Notes: generated by a model not told the origin, from the letters alone. DNA of 64,000 nucleotides from Acidimicrobiia bacterium (GCA_965216495.1 OZ244163.1:1597672-1661671), one strand, 5' to 3'; positions 18,917 through 28,059 are shown, numbered from the stretch's first letter. Translations and numbers: made by a program.

Positions 18917-19380
18917 GGCGCCCCTACCTCTGCGGCGGGTGAGAGTTCGAAATCTGGAAACAACTGATGGATGGCCCCTTCGACCTGATCCTGGACAGGC
19001 CCGATGGCGATGCTGAAAACGCCCTGGCCACGCCTGAGCACGTCGACGACTTCCTGGTCCGAGTGAGCTGCATAAATCGTTTGCCCATCGCTGAGAAGCG
19101 TCACGTCGGCCAGGGGTTGGTCGGAGTCCATCTCGGCCCGGAGAATCTCAACGGCCGATCGAATCTTCTTGAGGCTCATGCCAGCGTCTAGAAGATTCTT
19201 GATGACCTTTAGCTGGACGACATCGGTGAAAGAATACAGACGCTGCGATCCGGATCCATGTGCCTGTTGCAGCGTTGGTGTGATCAGATTGGTGCGAGCC
19301 CAATAGTCGAGTTGCCTGTAGGTGATGCCTACGAGCTTGCATACTTGTGGAGCGCGGTATCCGCCCGCCTCGGTGTTCAT
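18913..19380 (-). CDS. MerR-family regulator (Rv1830-like)
   Basis: GITYRQLDYWART...GSGSQRLYSF.D...SDG....EVVD...GQGVF, typical of this actinobacterial family and in the usual gene context. Confidence 0.92.
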   Translation of the reverse strand: MNTEAGGYRAPQVCKLVGITYRQLDYWARTNLITPTLQQAHGSGSQRLYSFTDVVQLKVIKNLLDAGMSLKKIRSAVEILRAEMDSDQPLADVTLLSDGQTIYAAHSDQEVVDVLRRGQGVFSIAIGPVQDQVEGAIHQLFPDFELSPAAEVGAP

Positions 19381-19391
19381 GTGACCTCCGG

Positions 19392-19449
19392 GTTACATCA
19401 GTGTAACTCCGCCGCGGGCAAGCTAACCGATCGGCTGTAGAGGTGTCAA
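19392..19449 (-). promoter_or_regulatory. Housekeeping-sigma promoter plus palindromic operator
   Basis: TTGACA (19449-19444), 18 bp, TAGCTT (19425-19420), then GTTACA-N4-TGTAAC at 19392-19407. Confidence 0.65.
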
Positions 19450-19466
19450 TGAAATCTGTGGAAAAC

Positions 19467-20465
19467 TCACTTGACGGGTTTCAGGAGGGCAGCTGCCTTC
19501 TCCACTTGATCCTTGGTACCGACCACAACCAGGCGCTCTCCTGGATTGAGGGGGACATCGGGCCCAGGGTTCACCCGGATGGTGTCCGTCCCTCCCTCCA
19601 CGGCAAGAACGGTCGCTCCTGACCTTTGCCTGATCTTTGACTTGGCAAGGGTCTTGCCCGCCACCGAGCATCCCGGCTCCACGTCCAGTTCCTCCACACG
19701 GAACTCGATTGGGCTACCGCTGACGACGACGTCGAAGATCTGAGCCAGTTCCGGCTGTAGGGCCATCATTGCAAGCCTCTCGGCTCCCACGGCCTGAGGT
19801 GCGACTACCGCGTCGGCACCCGCAAGAAGCAACTTGCGCTCCGACTCGATCTCAGCCGCCCGACAAATCACTCTCACCTCGGGGTGCATCGATTTGGCCG
19901 AGAGCGCAATCACGAGGTTGTTCGAATCCTCCTCCACACAAGCGATGATTGCTTGGGCGTGTTCGATACCGGCCAACTCCAGCACGTCGTTGTGCGTCGC
20001 ATCCCCCTGGATGGCCAATGCACCGGCGCTACGTGCCGCCTCCACCCGGTCGGTGTGATCGTCTACCACGAGCACATCCGTTCCGTGCGCGCTCAAGACG
20101 CGAAAGACCCCGCGTCCCACTCGGCCATAGCCACAAAGAATGATGTGGTTACGTAGCTTCGAAACGTCCTTGTTCATTTTCCTGTTCCGTCTGACCTCAC
20201 TCAGGTCGATCAGGTATTCGATCGATGCCGCAGCAGTGTAGAGAGCTGCTCCGATACCTAGAACGATGACGAGGACTGTCCATATTCTCCCCCCTGTCGA
20301 GAGGGGAAAATTCTCCTGAAAACCGACCGTCGTGACCGTGATCGCGACCATATAGAACGCATCGAACAGGCTTACGTCCTCGATCAGGAGATACCCGATC
20401 GTCCCGACGAGCATCACGGTGGCGCTCAGAGCCACCCCAAAGAGAATCTGTCGACGAGGGCTCAT
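19467..20465 (-). CDS. Potassium channel protein (2-TM pore + RCK/TrkA-N + TrkA-C)
   Basis: TVTTVGF selectivity-filter-like motif, CGYGRVG Rossmann motif, GDAT and C-terminal TrkA-C. Confidence 0.92.
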   Translation of the reverse strand: MSPRRQILFGVALSATVMLVGTIGYLLIEDVSLFDAFYMVAITVTTVGFQENFPLSTGGRIWTVLVIVLGIGAALYTAAASIEYLIDLSEVRRNRKMNKDVSKLRNHIILCGYGRVGRGVFRVLSAHGTDVLVVDDHTDRVEAARSAGALAIQGDATHNDVLELAGIEHAQAIIACVEEDSNNLVIALSAKSMHPEVRVICRAAEIESERKLLLAGADAVVAPQAVGAERLAMMALQPELAQIFDVVVSGSPIEFRVEELDVEPGCSVAGKTLAKSKIRQRSGATVLAVEGGTDTIRVNPGPDVPLNPGERLVVVGTKDQVEKAAALLKPVK

Positions 20466-20968
20466 TCAGTGTGTGGCGACTCGAAATCCTCGACGGTGAC
20501 TTCCTCGAGGAACTGTCGAAATCGCTCGACCTCCTCTTCAGCGTCTTCTTCCTCGAAATGCACTCCTGCCTCGTCAAGAACACTCGGAGCGACGAACACG
20601 GGTGTGCCGGTCCGAACAGCGAGGGCTATTGCATCTGACGGACGTGACGAGATTGAGACTTCCTCCCCGGCAACATCGAGGGTCAGATCAGCAAAAAAGA
20701 TCGCATCGCGCATTTCGGTGATCGTGACCTTGGTCGCCAAAGCTCCGACCGAGTCGAGAACCGAACGCATGAGATCATGAGTCAAAGGTCTTGGCGGGGT
20801 GACACCCTCCATGGCGGTAGCGATGGCCGTCGCCTCACTAGCCCCTATCCAGATGGGCAGGTATCTCACCCCAGTGGATTCCTTCAAGAGCACGATGGGC
20901 TGGTTGGAAGGCAGCTCAATGCGGACGCCAACCACCTCGAGGGGAATCGGTGCTACGTCGTCCGCCAT
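20462..20968 (-). CDS. Bifunctional nuclease family protein (DUF151)
   Basis: PIVLL, LPIWIG..EA.AI, RPLTHDL and RPSDAIALA motifs. Confidence 0.93.
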   Translation of the reverse strand: MADDVAPIPLEVVGVRIELPSNQPIVLLKESTGVRYLPIWIGASEATAIATAMEGVTPPRPLTHDLMRSVLDSVGALATKVTITEMRDAIFFADLTLDVAGEEVSISSRPSDAIALAVRTGTPVFVAPSVLDEAGVHFEEEDAEEEVERFRQFLEEVTVEDFESPHTE

Positions 20969-21006
20969 GTTTGGAGGTTATCACCCGGATAGGCATCGTC
21001 GGTTTC

Positions 21007-21576
21007 CTAGAGCCACCCGAGCTCGTTGGCGAACCGTCTGTGGTCCTCGACGAAGGACTCCATATCAAACACTGCCCAAACCCCGTTCAGGTTCCGATAC
21101 AGGCCCAGCCAATCCAGCCCGTACCCCAAAAGGAACTCATCGCCCACCTCAAACCCTCGGTACTCGACTGGAACCTCGGCAACGCGCCGCCGAGTCTTGT
21201 CGAGGAGGGCCACCGTCGACACCGATGCTGCTCCCCTATCCAGAATCATCCGACGTAGGACAGAGAGGGTCATCCCCGTGTCGACGATGTCCTCGACAAG
21301 GATGACGTTTCGATCGAGCAAAGGTTCGGTTGAGTCCAGGGTGATGCCGATTCGCCCCCCTTCGCCAAACCGATTGACGCTGATGAAGTCCACCTCCGAC
21401 GGGGTGTCGACGTGACGTACTAGGTCTGCAGCGAAGGGAACAGACCCGACCAGTCGCACGACGAACATAGGCTCGCGTCCGGCGTAGTCGTGGGTGATTG
21501 CCGCTCCCAGCTCCGCCACCCGCGAGCGGATTTCCTCCTGCGGCAGTACGAGGCGGGCCGAGTCCGTGGCGTTCAT
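21007..21576 (-). CDS. Hypoxanthine phosphoribosyltransferase-like protein (divergent)
   Basis: VILVEDIVDTGMTL PRPP-binding motif, LLDK and FLLGYGLD...YRNL. The usual SSY loop is missing. Confidence 0.85.
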   Translation of the reverse strand: MNATDSARLVLPQEEIRSRVAELGAAITHDYAGREPMFVVRLVGSVPFAADLVRHVDTPSEVDFISVNRFGEGGRIGITLDSTEPLLDRNVILVEDIVDTGMTLSVLRRMILDRGAASVSTVALLDKTRRRVAEVPVEYRGFEVGDEFLLGYGLDWLGLYRNLNGVWAVFDMESFVEDHRRFANELGWL

Positions 21577-22640
21577 CTGAACGCCTTGGCTGTCAGGCTT
21601 ATCCAATAGGTGAGCGTGTCTAGCCACGTCGGCTCGACGATTGACCTCCGAACAATGGTGACCGTCGGTACTGGGTTTTGGTCGACCTCCTCAGATTCCA
21701 CTGGGACCACCGACTCTGGCTCGTTCGCTACTTCGAGAGAGTCGCCGAGGGATTCGGCAGACTCCTCCCCCACCGCGACCGCCATCTGCACTCGAGCGAA
21801 ACCCCAGTCGAATAGCCGGACAGCGTCTACAAGGTGTCCCCGGGTGCCTGCGGACCCAAACACGACGACGAAGAGCCGGTGGCCGAATCTCTCTGCGCTA
21901 CCCACATAAGTGAGGCCCGCACGTGGTGTCTGACCCGTCTTGACTCCCGTGAGGCCCTCGTAGCCGTTGAGGATGCGATTCGTGTTTGTGGCTGAGCGTT
22001 GAGACCCATCAGGGGCGTCGGGAAAGACCAGGGCTTTCGCCCTTGCGATCTCTGCGAACGCCGGCAGCGACATCGCCTTGACTGCCAACCTCAGCATGTC
22101 GCGCGGTGTTGAATAGTGACCTTCGGTATCCAGCCCATGAGGATTGGCGAATCGCGTGTTCTCCATACCGAGTTCGGCGGCCCGGGCATTCATCACCCCC
22201 ACGAAACCTTCAATGGAACCCGAGATGTGTTCGGCAATGGCGGCAGCCGAATCGTTTCCGGACCGGATCAGGGCCGCCCGCTCCAAGGCACCAAGGCTCA
22301 CTGATTCTCCTGCTACGAGCCCGATCTCCTGACCAATGGTGGACGCGGCCTCATCAGACACAGTGACACGATCGGCAGGGTCGCCCTGCTCGACACCGAG
22401 CATCACTGTCATGATTTTGGTGATCGAAGCCATCGGTCTTGGCGTGTCGGCATCCCACGATGCCAAGATCTCGTCTGAAGTTTCGTCGTAGACGATCCAA
22501 CTCTGGGCTGACACTGTTGGTAGCCCCGGCAAAGGGAATCCCTGGCCGGGTGGCGTTTCGAAGGTCAGAGGTGCTGCGGATGCAGGCAGCACTCCAGTGA
22601 GGAGCAATGCCACCGCAAACGCGATGGGCAGGAGTTTCAC
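21573..22640 (-). CDS. D-alanyl-D-alanine carboxypeptidase (peptidase S11)
   Basis: Signal peptide, ASITK (SxxK), SGND, NPHGLD and KTG motifs. Confidence 0.93.
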   Translation of the reverse strand: MKLLPIAFAVALLLTGVLPASAAPLTFETPPGQGFPLPGLPTVSAQSWIVYDETSDEILASWDADTPRPMASITKIMTVMLGVEQGDPADRVTVSDEAASTIGQEIGLVAGESVSLGALERAALIRSGNDSAAAIAEHISGSIEGFVGVMNARAAELGMENTRFANPHGLDTEGHYSTPRDMLRLAVKAMSLPAFAEIARAKALVFPDAPDGSQRSATNTNRILNGYEGLTGVKTGQTPRAGLTYVGSAERFGHRLFVVVFGSAGTRGHLVDAVRLFDWGFARVQMAVAVGEESAESLGDSLEVANEPESVVPVESEEVDQNPVPTVTIVRRSIVEPTWLDTLTYWISLTAKAFR

Positions 22641-23308
22641 GGGCTCAGCTGTTCCCTCAGGTGGATAGTGAGCTGCGCCCGGTGAATCGCGGCAACAGAT
22701 TCAGCCGCGTTGGCCATCACATCGCGTGCCTGCGATCGAGCCTCCGGATTGGAGGCCCGTAGTAAGGGGGCCACAAGCTGTGTCAAAAGGTCGGATTCAC
22801 GCTGAGCGGCAAGCTGGACTGTTCTCAGATGCCGAGGTTCCAGCCCCAAATCGATCAGCCGTTTCGCTTCAGTGGCGATGATGGCAGCCTCCGCAGGGAA
22901 GACCCCCGTGTCCCCGACCGCTGAGATCAGACCGAAACTCTGAAGCGCATCTAATTCGTCATCGCGGAGTCTCGATCGTTTCAACAGGTCCGATCGTTCG
23001 ATGGGCTCTCCGACCTCGTTCAGATCAGTTTCGGTCGTATCCGATGTTTCCTGGCTCTCGCCACGCTCCCAGAGGGTGAGCTTGGACTTGATGACCTTCA
23101 GAGGAAGAAAGTGGTCCCGCTGCTGTTGGAGTATGAATCGAAGCCGAGCCACATCATGGGTGCTGAACTGTCGATAGCCAGAGTTGGTTCGATCTGGGTC
23201 GATGAGACCTTGACTCTCGAGAAAACGAATCTTGGAGACCGAGACATCCGGGAAATCATCCCGGAGAAGGTTTATTACCTCTCCGATGCTCAGGGCATCC
23301 TCAGGCAT
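22637..23308 (-). CDS. MerR-family regulator (FtsR/Rv1828-like)
   Basis: SIGEV..LL..DFPDVSVSKIRFLE..GL, QRDHFLPLKVIK and GLEPRHLR, located after the FHA gene. Confidence 0.9.
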   Translation of the reverse strand: MPEDALSIGEVINLLRDDFPDVSVSKIRFLESQGLIDPDRTNSGYRQFSTHDVARLRFILQQQRDHFLPLKVIKSKLTLWERGESQETSDTTETDLNEVGEPIERSDLLKRSRLRDDELDALQSFGLISAVGDTGVFPAEAAIIATEAKRLIDLGLEPRHLRTVQLAAQRESDLLTQLVAPLLRASNPEARSQARDVMANAAESVAAIHRAQLTIHLREQLSP

Positions 23309-23732
23309 CACCGTGAGCCACTACAAACTGGAACCGACCAATCAACACTTCGTCTCCGGCTGACAGAACCGCTGAGTCGACACGCTCATCGTTCACGTAG
23401 GTTCCATTGGTTGAGCCGCTGTCCTCGATCGACAACTCGAGTCCTGTCGCCATGAACCTGCAGTGATGTCGGGACACCGTGACGTCATTGAGAAAGATGT
23501 CTGAATCTGGGTGGCGTCCGACGGTCGTGTTGCCGTCCCTTAGCAAGTAAGAAAGCCCCTTCCGCGGCCCCTTCTCCACGACCAAAGCAAACCCCGAAAG
23601 GCCCTGGACGTGAGCTGCTTCCTCGCGGGTAAGCGGGTGGTCCGAGCGGTCCTCGATCGGAACGTAAACGACTGTTGGGTCGATCTCGACGTCTACTTGA
23701 GGTTGGCCTTGTTCTTCGCCCTTAGCTTCCAT
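23301..23732 (-). CDS. FHA domain protein (GarA/OdhI-like)
   Basis: GRHPDSDIFLNDVTVSRHH...DSGSTNGTYVN, located between gcvH and the MerR gene. Confidence 0.9.
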   Translation of the reverse strand: MEAKGEEQGQPQVDVEIDPTVVYVPIEDRSDHPLTREEAAHVQGLSGFALVVEKGPRKGLSYLLRDGNTTVGRHPDSDIFLNDVTVSRHHCRFMATGLELSIEDSGSTNGTYVNDERVDSAVLSAGDEVLIGRFQFVVAHGDA

Positions 23733-23775
23733 GCTCGACCTGATGATAGGCGGTGTTGCCGCCCATTACCTCGGG

Positions 23776-24156
23776 CTACTCGGTCAGATCCTTGTAGCCA
23801 TCGGCATCGAGAAGTCCACCGTCGTGGATCTGACCCCTGACTTCGAGTTCCACAAGCCAACCGTCTGAGTAAGGGTCGGAGTTGACGAGTTCAGGATGCT
23901 CCACGACGGCATCATTTACAGCTACTACTTCGCCATCGAACGGGGCATAGACCTCACCAACCGATTTGGTCGATTCAATCTCGGCAATCAGGTCCTCCTT
24001 GGAGACCTCCCGGCCGACCTCTGGCAACTCAACGTAAACCACGTCTCCGAGCTGGTCCTGGGCGTAGTCAGTGATGCCGAGCCGAACACGGCTGTCGGTC
24101 AACTTGTCGATCCACTCGTGTTCCTCGGTGTATCGCAGATTGCCCGGCGTCTCCAT
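23776..24156 (-). CDS. gcvH: Glycine cleavage system H protein
   Basis: HEW, GITDYAQDQLGDVVYV, IESTK (lipoyl Lys) and NSDPY..GW. Confidence 0.97.
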   Translation of the reverse strand: METPGNLRYTEEHEWIDKLTDSRVRLGITDYAQDQLGDVVYVELPEVGREVSKEDLIAEIESTKSVGEVYAPFDGEVVAVNDAVVEHPELVNSDPYSDGWLVELEVRGQIHDGGLLDADGYKDLTE

Positions 24157-24752
24157 CAAGTCTCCTCTTCCTGGGTGGCCGACTCTACTTCCCTCATCAC
24201 TCTTCGAGCATCACCGGTGTACTGAATCGCGGTGATCCAGTAGAGGACGAGGCCGGCTGCAGCCGACACCCAGGCCAGTGGAAGGAAGATGGCGCGGGCG
24301 AAGGGCACTGCCGCGATGTAGAAGGACTGGATCGCGCCATAGATCAAGAAGGTGGCGACCTTGCCCAAGTATCGGACCTCCAGAGTGCCCTGACGTCGCC
24401 GAACCAGCCCAAACGTAAGCAACGCCATATACGCCTCGCGAAGGAGCAGCGGGTATCCCACCCACGCAGGGATGATGCCTGAAATCAAGCCAGCGAGTAC
24501 CGCCGACGCGATCATCAAGCGATCAGCTATCGGGTCTAACGACTTTCCCAGCTTGGTGACTTGATCCAGCCGTCTCGCGAGATAGCCGTCCACCCAGTCC
24601 GTCCACGACACGACGATGAGCAACACCGTGGCAATTCCGATCTCCTCCGCCGACAGCACCAGCCACCAGAACACCGGAACCATCGCGAGACGGACGAATG
24701 AGATTGCGTTCGGGATTGTGAGGATGCGGTCGGTTACCGGTGATTCGTCCAC
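24156..24752 (-). CDS. CDP-alcohol phosphatidyltransferase
   Basis: TIPNAIS..R and DWVDGYLARR.....G..LDPIAD motif. Confidence 0.93.
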   Translation of the reverse strand: MDESPVTDRILTIPNAISFVRLAMVPVFWWLVLSAEEIGIATVLLIVVSWTDWVDGYLARRLDQVTKLGKSLDPIADRLMIASAVLAGLISGIIPAWVGYPLLLREAYMALLTFGLVRRRQGTLEVRYLGKVATFLIYGAIQSFYIAAVPFARAIFLPLAWVSAAAGLVLYWITAIQYTGDARRVMREVESATQEEET

Positions 24753-24767
24753 TCGGTGAGCGTAGCG

Positions 24768-26603
24768 TCAACCTGCTGGGACGACCTCGCCGATCGCACC
24801 GAGTCGGGCCTGAAGACCCCCGAGTGACTGCTCGAAAGCGAACGTCACTGCTTCCTGCCGGTATACCTCCGTTATCGGCGCCCGATACAACGGGAGGTAG
24901 GGAAGGTCTTTCGCCAGGATCAGCTCCATTTCGGCAATCGCAGTAAGGGCACTCGTCATGTCGTAGGCGCTTTCGAACTCTTCCAGGGCAGCCTCGAACT
25001 CGGGGCTGTCGTAGCCCGTGTTGTTGAGCTGGCCATCCGTCGAGAACAGGGGTCCGTAGTAGGTGGGCAATGAGGGGTTTCCCAGGGTCCAGCCCAGAAC
25101 GAACATGTCATATCCGTAGGCTCCCTGATCGTCCTCGGTGAACGCCAAATCGATGACCGTGTCGAGATCGGTGACCACTGGGCGCGCGTCGAATCCGAGA
25201 GTCCTGAGTAGGTCTGCTATCGCTTCAACATACTCGGGCCGCGCAGGTTCGTAGGAGTCTCCAGCCGTCAGGATCGTAAGTGGTTGTGGGGCCAGCCCGT
25301 TGATCCTCAGCCCTGATCCGGCATCAATTCCCTCGCCTGACGCCTTCGGGCGCTCCTCCCATGAATACCCTTCCCCTTCGAGGGCCTCAATGGCGGCATC
25401 CAGCCGGTCACTAAGGGTGCCCTCGTAGAGTTCTCGGCTTGTGTCAGCGATATCGGAAGCGAGCCACTGATCATTTGTCTCCGGGGTGAAGGTCCAAGCA
25501 GCCGTCCCATCTCCTAGGATGTCCTCGGCCATTTCCTCTCTATCTAAGAGCAGGGCAATTGACCTGCGGAACGCCGATGAAGACATCGGCTCCCGGGCAA
25601 GGTTGAACCCCAGATAGCGAACGGAGTTCGTTTGGTTGACCACGAGGGAGAGACTCGCACCTCGTGCCGCAGCCGTTTGGTCTGGAGTCAAGCCCTTGGG
25701 GGTCAAGAAGACATCGATCTGACCGTCAGCCATCGCTTCGATGGCGGATGCCTCATCAGCGAGGACATGATATTGCACGCGGTCGGCCTCGACCTTGGCC
25801 TTGTGCCCTCGGTTGGCCCGGCTGACGACGAGGTTCTCAGACCAGGCTGTCAGTGTGAGGGGTCCGCCCGAAGCATCGTGACTGCCGCTCAGTTCATAGA
25901 TTTCGGCCGCCTTCTTGCCGTCGGCAGTTTCCGACCAGGCGTGGGCCGGCATGATCGGAGCAAAACCAACCGCATAGGGCCAGACCGCCAGGGTTGGCCG
26001 CTCAGCGAAGATCAGTCGAAGTCGGCGTTGGTCGTCTAGCTCGACTTTGCTCAGCTCCTCGGGAAACGACTCAGCCCAACCGCCACCCATGTCGGTTCGT
26101 CTCACTGTCTCGAATGTGAAGACAAAGTCCTCGGCTGTAATGGGCGCGCCATCGCTCCAGTACATCTCGTCGAACTCGATGATGACTTCCCACCCATCGG
26201 ATCCTTGAGTTGGTGTCGCCATCTCGGTTGCCAGTTCGGGTTGGATCGCACCATCGCCGGCGTCGACCGTGAACAGCGCAGGCTTTGTTGGGCCGAGGAT
26301 GTAGGAGTTCCAGACCGAAGGCTGTTCCCCGTAGTAGGCCCAGTAGTTGTCCGTCGAAATCCCCGAGAGAACGCCGATTCTGTAGACAAAAGGCGACTCG
26401 GTCTCCTCTGCTGCCAGTGTCTGGAGGTTCGCCGAACCGTTTTCATCGACTTCCAGCGGCTCGGACCTCGTTGGCTCGACTGTGAGATCAGGCATAGGCT
26501 GGGAGTCGTCAGAGCCGGTTACCTGAAGAAAGCCGGCAACGGCTACTCCGGCCAAGACCAGAGTGGCTCCAATAGATCGGGCGGTATTGCTTCCCAACTT
26601 CAT
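24768..26603 (-). CDS. ABC transporter substrate-binding protein, family 5 (peptide/nickel-like)
   Basis: N-terminal hydrophobic anchor, PELA, WSDG.PITAEDFVFTF, YLGFNL and LPYLPLY. Confidence 0.88.
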   Translation of the reverse strand: MKLGSNTARSIGATLVLAGVAVAGFLQVTGSDDSQPMPDLTVEPTRSEPLEVDENGSANLQTLAAEETESPFVYRIGVLSGISTDNYWAYYGEQPSVWNSYILGPTKPALFTVDAGDGAIQPELATEMATPTQGSDGWEVIIEFDEMYWSDGAPITAEDFVFTFETVRRTDMGGGWAESFPEELSKVELDDQRRLRLIFAERPTLAVWPYAVGFAPIMPAHAWSETADGKKAAEIYELSGSHDASGGPLTLTAWSENLVVSRANRGHKAKVEADRVQYHVLADEASAIEAMADGQIDVFLTPKGLTPDQTAAARGASLSLVVNQTNSVRYLGFNLAREPMSSSAFRRSIALLLDREEMAEDILGDGTAAWTFTPETNDQWLASDIADTSRELYEGTLSDRLDAAIEALEGEGYSWEERPKASGEGIDAGSGLRINGLAPQPLTILTAGDSYEPARPEYVEAIADLLRTLGFDARPVVTDLDTVIDLAFTEDDQGAYGYDMFVLGWTLGNPSLPTYYGPLFSTDGQLNNTGYDSPEFEAALEEFESAYDMTSALTAIAEMELILAKDLPYLPLYRAPITEVYRQEAVTFAFEQSLGGLQARLGAIGEVVPAG

Positions 26604-26686
26604 ATCCCGCCATTGGGATCGGCAGGTTCGTGGGTGGTCTTGACAATGATGTGTGATGAACCGGGCGAGTTAACATCGTCGCCACA

Positions 26687-26763
26687 CGGGCCGTGGCGCA
26701 GCTTGGTAGCGCGCTTGACTGGGGGTCAAGAGGTCGTGGGTTCAAATCCCGCCGGCCCGACCA
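26687..26763 (+). tRNA. tRNA-Pro(GGG)
   Basis: CGGGCCG acceptor stem, anticodon arm CTTGA-CTGGGGG-TCAAG, T-loop TTCAAAT and encoded CCA. Confidence 0.97.
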
Positions 26764-26867
26764 ACTCAATGTCAACCCTCTGACCCTGCCGTCAGACGTC
26801 CTCTTTGCTGGCAGCCGAATCCAGGCCAGCAAAAGCTCGTCAAAATCCTGCACGAACCTCTTGTATC

Positions 26868-26891
26868 TGTCGGTGGGCGAACGTATGTTCG
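26868..26891 (+). promoter_or_regulatory. RecA-NDp/PafBC-type promoter overlapped by a LexA SOS box
   Basis: TGTCGGTG-N8-TATGTT (26868-26889) and CGAAC-GTAT-GTTCG (26878-26891). The ATG is 6 nt after the -10. Confidence 0.75.
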
Positions 26892-26895
26892 GCCT

Positions 26896-27984
26896 ATGGA
26901 ATGGAAAGAGGAATCCAACGACACTCTCGAGCAGGTGTTAGACCACTTTGCCGGGTTGTCGACTGCGGCTTTGGCGAGGGTTTGTGCCGTGATCCGTGAG
27001 GTTGATGCTCGCCAGTCTTGGATGGCTGATGGAGCACGCAATCTGACAGATTGGGCTGCGGCCAGACTCCGAATACGCCACAATTCGGCTTCCCAGTTGG
27101 TGCGGGTGGCTCTCAGACTCGGTGATCTGCCCGTCCTATCGGAACGATTCGCGAATGGTGATCTCTCGATTGACCAGGTCGACGCCCTTTCTCGCATGGC
27201 CACGCCTGAGACGGAGGACGGGTTGATCGCTGAGGCTTTGGGATGGTCGCAGGCTGCTTTGGATCGTGTTGCACGCAAGAGACGTCACGTTGAGCTCGAC
27301 CGCGCTGAGTCCGATAGATATCTCTATCGGCAGTGGAATCTCGACGAGTCGGCTCTCAGATTCCGAGGGAAGCTCGGCGGACATGCCGGCCGCGTGTTCG
27401 ACGCAGCAATCGACGCCGGGGTGGACGCAGCCGGCCCCAATGCTGACACTGGCCTATTTGATCCGGCACCCATCAGGGCGGCTGACGCCCTTGTCGATCT
27501 TGCCGGCGGCGCCGGTGTCGCCACTCATCTGACCGTGTTTATTGACGACGACGGCGCCGAGTTGGACAACACCGCCCCTCTCGGCAGTCAGGCAGTTCGG
27601 CAGTTGGCTTGCGACGCCGCGGTACGGCCGGTTGTGACCAATGACGGCCAGCCGGTCGGTGTGGGGCGAAAGAGTCGCCAGGTCCCTGAGTGGCTCAAGG
27701 AGCTGGTTCACTTCCGCGACGGCTCGAGATGTCAGCATCCCGGGTGTCGGAACACTCGTTGGCTTCAGATTCACCACATCCGACATTGGGCCGATGGCGG
27801 GCCGACGGACTTGGACAATCTCATTCTACTTTGTGGTGCCCACCACCGATTCCTTCACCGCCACAATTGGCATGTGACCCGGACCAAGGACGGGTGGGTG
27901 TTCCGAAAAGCAGATTGGATGCCCTTCCCCCGTCCACGAGTCCCGACTGACACAAGACTCCTCGAGCTAGTTCGAAGTCCCTAG
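26896..27984 (+). CDS. DUF222 + HNH endonuclease (13E12-repeat-like family)
   Basis: N-terminal W..DGAR....W...R, LACDA, VGRKSR, RDG.RCQHPGC, HHIRHWADGG.TDLDNLILLCGAHH. Confidence 0.9.
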   Translation: MEWKEESNDTLEQVLDHFAGLSTAALARVCAVIREVDARQSWMADGARNLTDWAAARLRIRHNSASQLVRVALRLGDLPVLSERFANGDLSIDQVDALSRMATPETEDGLIAEALGWSQAALDRVARKRRHVELDRAESDRYLYRQWNLDESALRFRGKLGGHAGRVFDAAIDAGVDAAGPNADTGLFDPAPIRAADALVDLAGGAGVATHLTVFIDDDGAELDNTAPLGSQAVRQLACDAAVRPVVTNDGQPVGVGRKSRQVPEWLKELVHFRDGSRCQHPGCRNTRWLQIHHIRHWADGGPTDLDNLILLCGAHHRFLHRHNWHVTRTKDGWVFRKADWMPFPRPRVPTDTRLLELVRSP

Positions 27985-28059
27985 GGCCCTAGGCCCCACC
28001 AGCTTCCGAGCCCAACAAGACCACGAGCCCAGAATCCGTCACGAACTCGCGTGCTTGAG

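Noticed and set aside
26640-26676. TTGACA and TAACAT as the tRNA-Pro promoter pair
   Set aside because: The 25-bp spacing is too long for one sigma-70-type promoter. Only the -10 is plausible.
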